Positions 40,401 to 53,359 are shown, counted from the first letter of the stretch. The stretch: DNA of 64,000 bases from Octopus vulgaris (GCA_951406725.2 OX597814.1:48918001-48982000), one strand, 5' to 3'. The notes: a model not told the origin generated them from the sequence alone. Translations and numbers: made by a program.

Positions 40401-40519
40401 GCCATGTGGATGGTCAGTAAAGATAGCTCCCAAAATTGCAATATTAAAATAAACAGCCCTTTGGCCATATAAGCCAGTTTATTATTATAGGGAAGCTATA
40501 TTATTAGTCCAATATCTTG

Positions 40520-40712
40520 TTAGTCTTCAGTACTGGAATCCCCAGACAACGGATTAGGATCACCAGTCACACTACAACGATGAAGAATTGCTTTTTCATA
40601 TGCTTTTCTAACAGCTTTGCGAACATTTGGCTTCCTATTTTCCGTTAGTTTGGCCTTGTCCAAACCTGAGTCAACACCAAGAGGTTCAAGCTTATTTCTT
40701 GGTAACCATTGC
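40520..40712 (-). CDS. BRPF1: BRPF1/peregrin (Br140) homologue, last coding exon (PWWP C-terminal half)
   Basis: ttttaatag|G CAA TGG.. gives (W)QWLPRNKLEPLGVDSGLDKAKLTENRKPNVRKAVRKAYEKAILHRCSVTGDPNPLSGDSSTED*; stop TAA at 40522-40520. Confidence 0.95.
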
Positions 40713-41523
40713 CTATTAAAAAGATTAGAAAAGAAATATATAAAATGAAATTAATGCAGCTCAATTCAAAATGCTATCTGATGAAAATATTCCTAAACTT
40801 AAAACAATTATTTTGATTTTTTAATTGCCAAATAAATATGTCATATTAAAAAAATAATTTACTTTGAATATGAAATTAAAACAACAAATAAATGAATAAG
40901 CTATTAAGCAATTTGCATCAGAGTTAAAACAGTGTGATTAAAAAATTGAGAGCATTTTACAAACATGTCTACTAAAATCAGAGTTTAGTTATTAATAAAA
41001 ATTTTAAGCATTTGTGTTTGCACTTTAAAAAGTGCAAACACAATGCTTCAGGACTATTAAAAAAAGAATCTCCCAAATTTCAAATCTCCAATGTTGAAAT
41101 CACACAATGAAAACCAAAAATAATTTCTGATATTGTCACAAAGCTACAAATTAGTAGGAGATTGGATTAACCACAGTATATGTCTAACTTGCAGACATAG
41201 TCAACCTCACTAGGTTTCGAACTGTGACAGATGAAACTATAAATTATATAAAGCATTGCATGTTCTATTATTTCTTCTGAAAAATGCAAATCTTATTCAA
41301 TTACTTCAGATTTCACAAAACAATAATAGAAGATCAGTATTTCCATTTAAATTTTTTAAAGTTAATTTTTGTTTATGAAAGACATCAAATTCTTCAAGTG
41401 ACATCACTTTACACTTTAATAAACTAATCTCCTACACCTAAGTAGTAGCAAAAGCTAGATTAATCAAGCTTTAATAGAAGCCAAAAAAAAATGTTCAGTA
41501 TTTGAGGAATAAAATTTACACAC

Positions 41524-41666
41524 CAAGTTCTTTTAGTATCAAAGAACAACACTAAGTAAACTGGTTCATCATATTTCTTTTGTAAAGCCAAAACTTCATC
41601 TGGAGGTACTGGAATTGGAACTCCATTGTGAAAATAACCAGTCTTTGGCATTTTGGGATTAATTAT
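41524..41666 (-). CDS. BRPF1: BRPF1 homologue exon (PWWP middle)
   Basis: cacag|[47 protein letters not shown](W)|gtgtgt; [10 protein letters not shown] and YLVLFFD.KRTW are BRPF signatures. 143 bp, phase 0/2. Confidence 0.96.
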
Positions 41667-41838
41667 CTGTGACACAAAAAAAAAAAAAAAAACATTATAA
41701 AAAAATTGATTTTATCACAGTCAATTAGAAATTGATTTTAATTACAAAGTGTCAGGAATGAAAAAGTTACAAAGAAAAGAGTCAAAGCAATGAAAAATGA
41801 AACTAAAGAGAAAGCACAGAAATTGTCAAATGACTCAC

Positions 41839-41945
41839 CAGTGCTGGATACCAGGGATAACCTCGACATTTGGCCCACACTAAATCAAGCGGCTCTAACG
41901 GAATGATGTCATCAGAATCACAACTTGTGCTTCGATGAGCACGTG
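41839..41945 (-). CDS. BRPF1: BRPF1 homologue exon (PWWP start)
   Basis: ttgcag|..[35 protein letters not shown]|gtgagt; 107 bp, phase 1/0. Confidence 0.96.
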
Positions 41946-42283
41946 CTGCAACAATAATAAATGGAAATTCATAAAAATTACCAGCTCATGACAAGATCAC
42001 ATGAAGAATAACATGATTCTAATGTAAAGAGAGAAACCAACAAAAAGATTTTATTAAAAGAGACACTGAAGAGAATGGGAAGGTAAGTAAAATATGGTGT
42101 TTTAAATATAAAAAAAAAAATTAAGCATGGATTCAAAACACTATGTAGCAAAATACCAAAATGATTAAGGTGTTTTAGACACACTGTAATAATATACAGT
42201 TCAAGAAATAGGACTCACAAAACATTAACTTGAGAATCCCATTAAAGGACTGCAGTTGAGAAAATGTGTAAAAAGAAAATGAT

Positions 42284-42357
42284 AGGCTCCAAAGGGATTT
42301 GAACCCCTGACCTCCAGTTTACAAAACTGGCGCTCTAACCAACTGAGCTATGGAGTC
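42284..42357 (-). tRNA. tRNA-Thr(TGT), intronic, possibly a pseudogene
   Basis: GACTCCATAGCTCAGTTGGTTAGAGCGCCAGTTTTGTAAACTGGAGGTCAGGGGTTCAAATCCCTTTGGAGCCT folds as a cloverleaf with anticodon arm CCAGT-TTTGTAA-ACTGG. A and B boxes present, oligo-T terminator downstream. A2:C71 mismatch in the acceptor stem. Confidence 0.85.
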
Positions 42358-43865
42358 ATGTAAGCTATTTTTACAACCCAAAATTCTGATTATGTTGACC
42401 AAGAAAGATCAACATCTATAATTTCAAAAAGAAAATTATTCAAAGTTTTTGTTTGTTTGTTTTTTTTTTTATTTTGTTTCATTTTAAGATATTACATTTG
42501 TTGATATAGGTTAAACATGGGTTGAATGGCTTAATAGTTTTGGGATTCTTGGAGAAACTGTTTCTTTACCATCAGATAGATGTTTATGTTAGTGCACAAA
42601 TATTCAACTGAGAACTGTACATACATTCTCAGTAAAATAGTCTGAGGCACAATCCAATGTCAATGATAAGGTTTAATAGCTATTCAATACATATGTGATA
42701 TATGCAGAAAACAGTTTTGCTTTCCAAAATTTTAAATTGAAATCCCTAATACTTAAATTGGTTGTATTATTTATTTATTCTTATATTCTCCTGAAGGTGA
42801 AGTTGTTGGAAATGTTAATTGGTTTGCACAGTGGCAGTATGTATAACACTGAACATTACCAGTAAGACTAGAGCAAAATTCAGTCCAATAACTTGATACA
42901 TAATCGACCAAAGAGTCTACGATTCAGTAGATAAAAGATTTGGAAATATGGACCCCTGAATTGAGTCCAATGAATAAACATAGTTAATATATGACAGATA
43001 TACTAAAACACATACACGCATACCATCTATTTTGCAGCTTACATTATACACATAAGATTAGTTTACTATATATCATTTGGAAAGGTTAAAATAAAACAAA
43101 AGTGTTAACAAAGGTAGAGATATTTAAGTGATATTAATTCAGCCCTTCTAAATGTAATTAGGGACTATATGAAAATAAAGTTTACTGTTGATGCATTAAG
43201 AGTAGCATCAAACTGACATTTCATAAATATCACCTTTGGAAGAAGGGCATCCTTCCCAAAAAGAATTCAGGTTTATCTAAATGATTGCAACCACTACAGT
43301 ACATGTCTTACAGTATATCAATAATTTCTATTATGAATATGAAAAATTTAATATTTTACACATTAAATGATATCCAAAAGAAAAATTTAAGATAAGTATC
43401 ACCATCAATTTCACACATACAAACAAACATATGCTATATATCTTCTATCATATCTGCAGCTAAGAACATTGTTTAAAATATATAATAGAGTAATTTAAAA
43501 ACTATAAATATATTTAGATTTAAAATAAAAATCAAAGAAATGAAAATGGAAAGGAAGTAGTCAGAGGAGTTAAGGAAAATGAAAGGAGATAAATGGAACT
43601 CATGCTATTTTAGCCAAATAGTCAACTTATTGTCCACTTCTAGTAATGAATGGAAATAGCTGTAAGATTTTATTTAATGAAACCAAATGATAGATTACAT
43701 TTTTTAAGAAAGCAAGTTAAAAAAAATTGAATTGGATAAAATGATGTTGAATTAACATTAACCAGCTAGTATTACTTATACTATTATTAGTTATTTAACC
43801 AGTCACGTGTCAGAGTTAATAACTGGAAGATTCTGCATATGTAAGTTAGCTACTTACAAATCTCA

Positions 43866-44220
43866 ATTATCATCATCATCATCGTTTAACGTCCGTTTTC
43901 CATGCTGGCATGGGTTGGACGGTTTGACTGGGGGACTGGCAAGCCAGTAGGCTGTGCCAGGCTCCAATCTGATTTGGCAAGGTTTCTGCAGCTGGATGCC
44001 CTTCCTAACACCAACCACTCCAAGAGTGTAGTGGGTGCATTTTACATACCACCGGCACAGGAGCCAGTCGAGGGGGTGGGGGCTGGCATCAACCACGTTT
44101 GGGTGGTGCTTTTTACATGCCACCAGCATAGGTAGCCAGTCAGGAGGCATTGGCATCAACCCACGCTTGAATGGTTCTTATTATGTGTCACTAACATGAG
44201 TGCCAGTCAAGCAGCACTGG
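43866..44220 (-). mobile_element. SINE type C, longer copy with internal tandem subrepeats
   Basis: (CAT)n TTTAACGTCCGTTTTCC..GCTGGATGCCCTTCCTAAC.., then repeated GGTGCTTTTTAC.TGCCACC..GGCATC modules. Confidence 0.85.
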
Positions 44221-44722
44221 CAGAATAGTCAAAATGGTAATTTTAAAAAGTGTCTCTCTTTCAAAGCCTTTGAACATGAAACAAAAATTAAATAGTAATG
44301 GATTTAATAATAAAGAACAATTTTTTTAGAATAGAGTTCATACACAATTTTTACTAAAACTTTTATGTTTTATCTTATACACATTAATACCTCCAACACT
44401 ATATTACACTTATCATAGAATACAAGTATAATACGTGTGACATTTCCCAACAATTTTCAGTAACACACACGAGGAGGAATTACTACTCCTTTTTAGAGAC
44501 ACTGATTTAGAATCACAAGAGGTTTTAAATGAAGCTGAACACAACTAATGAGGGGTGATTTGTATTTTATCAAGAAATTAGTTGAAAGGGAAAAAAATCA
44601 TAAGTTAGCAAAAAGTCAAAATAACCAATGCAAGTAGATGGAATTTAACATATACAAAATTTTTATTTATAATGAAAGAAAGGGCATGCAGTTGAGAGAA
44701 ACACAGAATTAAACTGAAGTAC

Positions 44723-45487
44723 CTGATCTACTCTGGCTACTTGATTGCCCACTAGAACTGTCAGACAAAGACTCATCACTGCTGCTGATGTCCGATGTGC
44801 TGTCCGATTCTGAAAAACTGTTTGTTGGATCAATTCGGTACTGAGTAAAGCTGTTTTTTGGCAAAAGGTTTGAAGTGGAATCACCCGAATTTGACATATT
44901 AGAGTGTGCAGGATCAGAGGCCACAGACACAGCTCCTCGTTTGGGTGGTGTTGGCTGGATGTCACGAACATTTAGGTTCCCTATGTTAGTAGAACAAGCT
45001 GTTCTTTTTCGTCCACTGCTTGCAGAAACCGGGCTGGTGACACCACTACTAGCTTTAGTGGTGTTGGTGTTATTGTTGGTGTTGTTACTGCTGGTGTTAT
45101 TTTGGCTGCTAGTGACACTACTTACATTTCCACTACTACTGGAACTACCACCCCTGCTGCCACCACTGCCACTGCTACCACTACCACCAGTTCCTTTGCT
45201 ATTTGGTCCTGGAAATGTTTGGGTGCTACAATTGTCTGGAAGATCTAGCTGGCTTTTAAGGCGAGGAGGACGGCCCTTACGCTGTGGCGTGCTCACTGCT
45301 GAAGGAGTCATTGTTTTATTTAACTTCTTAGTGAAGAGCACTGCAGTCCGTCGGTTGACTCCAGCAATAGGAGCATGGGCAGTTGGATTTGGTGGAGTAA
45401 CAGGAGTTGGTGAAGCCTTAGATTCACAACACTGGGCAGAAGTGGCAACAGTTTGAGAAGTGTCATTAGAAGTTTTAGCGTCCCCTC
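44723..45487 (-). CDS. BRPF1: BRPF1 homologue, large low-complexity exon
   Basis: atttttcag|GA GGG GAC..AGA TCA G|gtactt; 765 bp open, phase 1/1 joins both neighbours. Contains the BRPF-type GVNRRTAVLF motif, AT-hook-like RKGRPPR and S/G/N-rich tracts. Confidence 0.9.
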
Positions 45488-46033
45488 CTGAAAAATAGGA
45501 AAGAAAGAAAAACAGCAATGTAATGAAGGAAACACCATTCTTTTCTTGGCTTATAGGCAAATATAACAGAAAAATGCTGTTGGAAATGTTGTACAGAAGA
45601 GGGGAAGGAGTATGGTAACAATTAACAAGTCAAAAATTGTAGCTTGTAGAATATCATTAATCATTTGTTAACAAGCACTATAGAAATAAAAATATTAAAA
45701 AAAAAAAACAGGATAAGAAATAAAAGAATGATAATGTTGAAGGATGGGGAAATGCTTTCACTTAAGGTACTTAACCAATCACACCTACACTACTTTGGAC
45801 GTATGATTTTACGGAACAACTTTAAATATTTATTAAAGATAATTATCATTATTGAGGTGGTAGTAATTAGCAGCAGCAATTATGAAAAGGAAAAGAAGAA
45901 AATCTGAATAGAAAGCCAAGATTGAATGCCTTTGATTTCAAAGAAGAGAAAGAATCTTCATTTAAATTTCAATGCTTTATTTGCAAGATTTATTATCCTT
46001 TTTTAAGAAACAGGCAAGTTGAATTACCAAGAG

Positions 46034-46065
<32 letters not shown>

Positions 46066-47535
46066 TATATAAACACACACACACACAATCTATCCCACAA
46101 GAATGTGCCCGTAAACCAAGAATCACAAATGGAGTAACCTAAACAAGAAAAATAGTAAATTCCAAAAGAAACCAAGCCTATACCAATCTTCAGCTGTTGG
46201 GAGTAAGTTTCCAATCATCGGTCATGCTGGACTTAATGAAAGAACAAGTCAATAAATGAATTAACAAAACAAGGAAAAACAAAAACAATAAAGACTTCAA
46301 CTGTTCAAATGATTCCCAGCAAAATGAAATAAAATGTAAAATGTATCGGAGAATTAATTAAACAGATAATTACACTTTCAGTATTTTTATTATCATTGTT
46401 ATTATACCATCATTTATTATGGCTATAATAATAACAGCATTCCAGAGAAGTCTCAAAGACTCGAAATTTTCTGTATTTAAATAAAACAATCATTTGCGTA
46501 ATTTAAAGAACCTGCTTAAAATGGTTCCCAGTAGCAAGACATTTTTCAGCAGAATATTACCGACAGGAAAGGAGTTCACTACATCTGTAGTAAACAAATG
46601 GTAACTAATTCAATCTGGCAAAGAATGAAGTCACTATAAAAATGGCTTTCTATATTTTACTCCATAAAACAACACAAGAAAGTTTAGTGAAAAACTATAA
46701 TGCTCACAAAAAAAAACTGAAATTCCTACCATAAATTGTAAGTGCAAACAAGTTTGTAAGGAATATTTGGAAACTGGTTAAATTTTAACTGAACTACACA
46801 GCATAAACAGTTCTAAATTTTCCATTTCATGATCTAGTACTTTGTCAGAAGAGTGAGAGTTCAGCAAAACTTTGAAAAATGTTTTTAAAATCACAACTTA
46901 TTGCATTTCTGAAACTATTTCTTTCTTAATTGAGCCAATTTTAAAATTTCTGATTATTTTTAATTACCTTTTAGTATTTGTTATTGTTATTTTGGGAGAG
47001 GGGGTAGAATTTACTAAGTTTTTTAGTTGGATGGAAAGAAAATAGTAAAGGGATGAAGAATGAGTAATGGCTGTAATTGAAAAGCAAAAAGAGTTTGAGA
47101 AAAGATATGAAGAAAAGTATGTCAGTATCAGCAGCAACATTGAATGGAACAAGGCCTTGGCTATCAATGAAAGGAAGATAGTCTTAGTGAGCAAGTCAGC
47201 CAGTACAATGGTTAAAGAACTATGGGCGATATTAAAGAGAAAAAAAAGAATCAACAGTTGACCTTTAAGTTCTCTGCAAGATATTAAAAAAAAATTTTCA
47301 CAATTTCTGAGAAGGAAATGTAAAATGAAAATTGCCATATAATTCATCAATTCAAATATATATGTATATTTTTAAATAAGAAGGTTAGGAAAATTAATTA
47401 AAAGTGATTCCTATTATAAAGGAGTTTCTACTAAGAGGAACTAACAGCAAAAAAGGAGTAAAAGAAGAATATTCATATGTTTGGAAAATAGTCATTCTAT
47501 AACACGAGGGAAAAAATTAGTAGTATGCACAAAAT

Positions 47536-47570
<35 letters not shown>

Positions 47571-48676
47571 TATATATATATATATATTATTCCAATATAT
47601 GACATCTTGTCATGTACTAACCAAGAATTGATCAAATAATGTTATATATATTTAATTTAAGACAACAAAAATTAATAGAAATTAGTTTACATATCAATTA
47701 ACTTCCTTCCAACCAAATCAAAGCGATTGAATTTATTTTGTTTCTTTTTTTAAGAATGTAAATGAAAATTAAATCATTTTATTTTCGTAACTGAGGTATC
47801 GCTTATCTGAAAAAGCACTACATAATCATTTCTTGGTCAGTTTTCATTTTGTGTTCTGAGTTAGTCTTTGTGAAGAAATTAAAAAAAGGAATTGAAATGG
47901 TTCCCTAATGAATCTAATTATTCTAATATGTAAACTAAGGCTGCATAATTATTTTTGAAAATAAAATCAATGATGGTCAGATAATGAATTAAAATTATTT
48001 TTCTTGAAAAACAAAGCTATGTTTGCTAAAACATTTCAATATTTTGTACAACCTCATACAGAGGGCAAAATTAGCATTATGCTAATAATATAAAAATAAA
48101 ATAGTGATCACAAAGACTAGCTCTACATGTACACAGAATTTTTATGTGAAGCAACACAGGATTGATTTTGGCTTGGCATAGACAATATTTGTTCAGAAGC
48201 CATACCTTGATCTACATTATGTGTTACTGTAGACATTCAATAAAATCAAGAGTACATACCAAGCAGATAGTTATATACAAGATAGAAACAGCATTGCAGA
48301 ATTTTAAAAGCAGAAACACTTGATTAACTTTCAAATGTAAGGAGGGGAAGAAAAAAAAAGAACAATTCTAAACATGATCACACAAGCTTTATTTCATGGA
48401 CTCATACAAGGTTTTGAAATAAAGTCAGGAAAGGGAGAATACAGAAGAGGCGAGAATAGGTGTGCTCTTTCTTTCCTTTAATTGTATTCTTTAGGTTTTT
48501 TTTTTATTTTTTGGATGATATTTTTTGTATTCTGTAACTGGATTCATCTGTAAGGTCAGGCTTTGCTGGTAAGTTAAACCTGTAATGCTTCAGTAGCAGG
48601 TAAATATATAGAGTAGGGAACAACCTGTCTTAGTACTTGTCAACACTTAGTCTACGAGGAGAAGCGGTATATTTAC

Positions 48677-49000
48677 CTAACTCCCGCCGGGAAGAACATA
48701 CATCACTTTCAGATTCACTACGGCTGCTACGTGCCCGTAATCTGCCTCGGCCCCGACGACCTGCTGTAGGCTTAGTAGGTTTCAATGGCACTGAGGAAGT
48801 CTTTTCTGATGCAGTAGTTGCAGCTGATGTAGGAGATGATGCAGGCGATTTGACCAGAGGAGGTGAGGTGGGCTTGGATGAGGGTGGGGCAGATACTGTT
48901 GCCATGGAAGATGATGAGTCTGATCGTAAACATGTTTGGGAAGTTTGCTTAACTGATAATACAGGGCCACTTTCAGAACTTGCTGAGAGTCCTTGTGATG
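48677..49000 (-). CDS. BRPF1: BRPF1 homologue exon (Ser/Pro-rich)
   Basis: tctttttcag|CA TCA CAA..GAG TTA G|gtaaat; 324 bp, phase 1/1, within ORF 48630-49022. The donor was chosen by phase compatibility. Confidence 0.82.
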
Positions 49001-49261
49001 CTGAAAAAGAATCGAGATGCAATATAAAAGAGCAAGTTATAAAATAAATATAAAATCTTACTCACAAAGTTGACATATTCAATGTTTTAAATCCAAAATT
49101 TACCAATTAAATTTATAATTTAATGATTTTTTTTTTTTAAATAACAATATGTACATCATTGGAATAAAAGATTGAGTTAAAAGAATTATTATTTTGAAAG
49201 AAATACATGGAAATAATAGTTTTCATCTTGAAGAATAATGCTAACAATACAGTCATTAATA

Positions 49262-49890
49262 TCATTTAACATCCATCTCCGATGCTGACATAGGTTGGAC
49301 AGTTCAACAGTGTCAAAGTGTGTTGTGATCCAATGTCTGCTTTAGTATGGTTTCCACAGCTGGATGCCCTTCCAAATGCCAACCACTTTAAAGGCCTGAG
49401 TGATGTTGTTATGTAACTTGCAAGACAAAAGAGCCCCACTTGATTGAGTAGAGAGGGAGGCAACTTTATGCTAGGTGTTGATAGAAAAGACTAGAACAGG
49501 ATTTTTGTTATAGAAGAGACACAGGGCTACTTTGCATTATATAAGGATAGGTAGGGGCAATCACAGCAGAGCTGGAAAGAAAGATAAAGATGATGGTGTC
49601 AGAGTGTGGTCTCAAGGCACATGTGGGTGAATAGAAGAATGAAAGAGACAGAAGATCCAAAAGGGTAAATGGGTGGTGATTGCAGTGTGTGTGTGGGTAG
49701 AATGATAGATGACTGGAGCTGAGGTAATGGAGTAGAGGTGAATAAAGTGAATGGTAAACAAGAGTGGAAGGGTGGTTGATGGTAAATGAGCTGAAGGGAA
49801 GGTAGGGGAGAAGAGAAAATAACCAGCAGTAGAGAGAGGGTGAAGAACAGTATATGATGACTGCAGGAAACAGAGAAGAATCCATCAAAA
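49262..49890 (-). mobile_element. SINE type C degenerate copy plus purine-rich low-complexity extension
   Basis: CATTTAACATCC..CAGCTGGATGCCCTTCC, then a GA-rich tract to ~49890. Confidence 0.55.
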
Positions 49891-50669
49891 TTTAACTAAG
49901 AATACTATTGCTATTTACTAAGAGACAATTGCAATATATTGTAGATGAGATGTAACTGCTGGAAGTAGCCCTGGATAATTAGCTACCATTACATAAAAGC
50001 TTTCAGCAAGATAACAATTTCTGAATATGGGCGTGAGATGGAAGCTATTCTGGGAAGAGTGACTATATTTGAAATTAGCAGCAAAAGAGGGAAATAAAGA
50101 TAATTAGAAGTTATAAGCAAGAGTGATCACCATTAGAATGGGAAAGAAAAACTGTATACCACAATAATAGCAATAAAAAAAAAACAAAGGTTTGTGTTGA
50201 AGGAAGAAGTCAGGAGTGTTTTGAAGATTTAGCCAAACATCAGCCAAAAGTCTCTGATGAAACGGAAATGACATTTGTGAAAGTGGCATAGCAGTCATAT
50301 CAGCTATTTTGAAAATGAAGGGCTGTGGAACCCTAAAACAACCTGCTTTGAGATAAGCCATAACAGTTTAAAATATCATGCCAATTATTTCAATGACAGA
50401 TGAGTCATACAGTCTACACAAGATATGAACTAAAAATACACACATTTCTGTATCTTGCTGATTCTTTTATACAGTGATGTATCAAATGAAATAAGTCTTC
50501 TCAAAACTAAATGTGAACAGCAGACAGATTTCTGCTCAGTGAATTATTATTAATTAATAAATACACTAGGCTAGTCCGGATTAGAAACAATCAATTAATA
50601 TTGCTTTATGGTGTAGATATATTGCCAACTAAATTTCTCACTTATATAGGATACAAACTTGAATGGTAT

Positions 50670-50830
50670 TTTGCCTATCGCTACGTTCTAAGTGCAAATT
50701 CCACTGAGGTCAACTTTGCCTTTCATCCTTTTGGAGTCAATAAAATAAGTACCAGTTGAACACTGGGATCAATGTAATCAACTCATCTCCACCCACCCCC
50801 AAGCTGCCCTTGTGGCAAAAATTTGAAATA
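50670..50830 (+). mobile_element. SINE type A, CpG-decayed
   Basis: CCACTGAGGTCAACTTTGCCTTTCATCCTTTTGGAGTCAATAAA versus consensus CCGCCGAGGTCGACTTTGCCTTTCATCCTTTCGGGGTCGATAAA. Confidence 0.8.
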
Positions 50831-51340
50831 ATTATCATTCAAATGCCTAAACAAAAGATTTTGGAGATAAATCAATTTAAACTAATTACATATGTTTTCA
50901 ATAAAATGTACAGTACCCTGGGTATATATTTTCTACTGCAATGATGAGCTGACAAAGGACTTGTGAATGGAATTAGTAAAGGGAAAGTGTACCAAAGTTG
51001 GTTGTGCATGTGTGTGAGTGTGTGTACACACATCTTTCTGAATGTCTACATTCTGCACCTTTGCCTGAAAGTAATAAGCTAAAGATAGTGACATCTGTTG
51101 ATATTCCCTATAAAATAATGGTCTTGTAGCTCTGTATTTTTGAAGATAAGTAGAATGAAAAAAAAATTCTTTACTTTGGAAAACAGGTAAAAGGTGGGAG
51201 ACAAGGAGGGCATCCAGCTGTAAACAAAATTACATATCAGTCCAACCCATGTTGGCATAGAACAAAAAAAAAACACATAAAACAAGTGAATTAAATAAAA
51301 CAGAAGATAGTGTAAATTATATAACAGAAATATCACTTAC

Positions 51341-51463
51341 AAGGTTCAGTTCCCTGAGCAGGATCTTCATTCTCACTGGAACAAATATTTCTTTGTAGAG
51401 CGAGTCTTCGCCGCACTTTTATTATCTCTTTTTTAATTCTCTTTGCAAATTTAGAGCGCTTGC
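51341..51463 (-). CDS. BRPF1: BRPF1 homologue exon (post-bromodomain basic helix)
   Basis: ctctag|GC AAG CGC.. gives (G)KRSKFAKRIKKEIIKVRRRLALQRNICSSENEDPAQGTEP|gtaagt, similar to BRPF RS.RAK.IKKE...LRRKL. 123 bp, phase 1/1. Confidence 0.92.
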
Positions 51464-52239
51464 CTAGAGAAAGTATTCATTTATAATAATATTTATCAAA
51501 CTTGAAAAAACAATAATTCAAGAAATTTAACTTCTTCCTTTTTTTTTAAATACAACTGCATAATTTACATGCTACAAGCAAGTATTCTTCAGAGTTCTGT
51601 GAATGGCACTATAAAATCTAAAGAAATAATTCGATTGAAAAGGTGGTAAGTAATCTTGTTTAGCCTTTACATTACTTTCAAGCATCATCATGTCGTTACA
51701 ATACTTTCAGAGGCTTGGCTAAAGTTTAAAACATATATACACCACACACATACATTAGAACCTACCAGTAATTTAAAGTGATTAAAAATGGAAGCAAGAC
51801 TAATAGAAAAATTTCTATTTTAAAATATGCAAAATGTAATTTTGTAATATTTTCTTTCCAACCACCTGTTAAGTGCTTTGTAAGATGATTTTGCAAATTC
51901 TGTAATTGATAAATAAGACTACTGGGACACCAGAGTGTGTGTATGCACATGTGCATATGTGTGCATGCATGCACACATTTAAACAGATGACTAAGTGGGT
52001 TGGCAACAAGAAGGGCATCCAGCTGTGAAAATTGCCTCACAGAGTACCATGTAACTTGTGCCAACATGGAAAGGCAAGCGAAAAAGATGATGCATGTGTT
52101 TGCATATGTGCATGCCTGTGCATACCATTATTCTACATCCATTAATACACACAGATAATATAGTAAATGGATATTAAGTTTTCACATTTTCCTGCTGTCA
52201 CAATTATTTTGCACAGTAAAAGCAATAAATCTGGGGAAA

Positions 52240-52930
52240 AAAAAACAACTTTGCTTTGCAACCAAGTGGTTCTAGGTTTAATAAATACCACTGCACAGCA
52301 CCTTCAAATTTACTGATACTTTCCATGTGGAATTTGGTAGAAGGCTGTAGGTGTGAGTGTATGTAGATATATATAAAAATAGACATCTCTCTCTCACACA
52401 CACAGACACAAAGTTTCAGATTCAGTCTGTGTGTCACTTTGGGCAAATGACTTCTATAGTCCTGGGCTGACTTATGGCTTGGAGTGGATTCAGTAGCCAG
52501 AAACCAGAAGAAGCTTGGGACACATGCATAGCTGTGTGATTGGAGTTCTAAGTACAGTCCCATGAAGTAACATTTTGGACAAGTGTCTTCTACAAGAACC
52601 TCGGGCTAACCAAAGCCTTGCAAGTAGATTTACAAGACAGAATCTGGAAGAAGCTCAGAGTGAGTGAGAGAGAAAGAGAGAGAGAGAGAGAGTGTGTGTG
52701 TGTGTGCATGCCCACATGCATGTGTACATGTGTTTGTGTCTTCTTGTCTTGACAAAGTAATACAAACACACAACACCTGTAACAGTTGTAAACAAGCATC
52801 ACTGTCATATAAATGGTGATGTTTGTTTCCAACCTTATGTGAAAAAAAGTCTGGCTATGATGAAATATTACCTTGGAAACAGGTGAGGGTTGACAACAGG
52901 AAAGGCATCTGGCCATAGAAAATCTGTAGG
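52240..52930 (+). mobile_element. Cluster of degenerate SINE type B and C fragments
   Basis: TTTGGGCAAATGACTTCTATAG, TTTGGACAAGTGTCTTCTAC..CCAAAGCCTTG and GTTGACAACAGGAAAGGCATCTGGC blocks, all CpG-poor. Confidence 0.6.
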
Positions 52931-53257
52931 CATGTGTGTGTTAATGATACATCTCATTCACTTGTATGAAAACTGCAACAAACAGGCAGTGATGTTGTCC
53001 TGTCAACAATCATCTGCTTGCTTTGCACCTTCAAAGCCAGATTGGAATAAGAGATGCCTAACTTCAAAGTCAGGAAAAGACGAGTGACAGAAAAAATATC
53101 CAACAGTAAAATAATACCTTGATAAGAAATTCATCTTTGTGTGCACAAACAATTAATTTAGTCAACTTTTATATTACCATGAACATAACAAATTTTCCTT
53201 CCAGAAAGTGTTATTTATTTTTGGTGTAATGTGGAAACGCACAACTCTTCTACTTAC

Positions 53258-53359
53258 CGCCGTGAGGTATGCTGTTTGTCATGTCCATTCTGTCCAGCAG
53301 CAAACTTAATTGCTCTTTCAGTGGCATGTCTTCCTTAACATCTTGTAGAAAACTGTCAA
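53258..53359 (-). CDS. BRPF1: BRPF1 homologue exon (most 5' exon found in the window)
   Basis: ttttccag|TT GAC AGT.. gives DSFLQDVKEDMPLKEQLSLLLDRMDMTNSIPHG(G)|gtaagt, similar to BRPF L.EQL..LL.RLD. 102 bp, phase 1/1. Bromodomain/PZP exons were not found and presumably lie beyond the window. Confidence 0.92.

Noticed and set aside
44875-45456. 193-aa Leu-rich plus-strand ORF (also 48637-49047)
   Set aside because: Antisense shadows of the low-complexity BRPF exons.
48630-48676. Extension of the BRPF exon to the ORF stop at 48630 or to a downstream GT
   Set aside because: Only the GTAAAT donor at 48676 gives the phase needed to join the next exon. The extension would truncate the protein before the PWWP domain.
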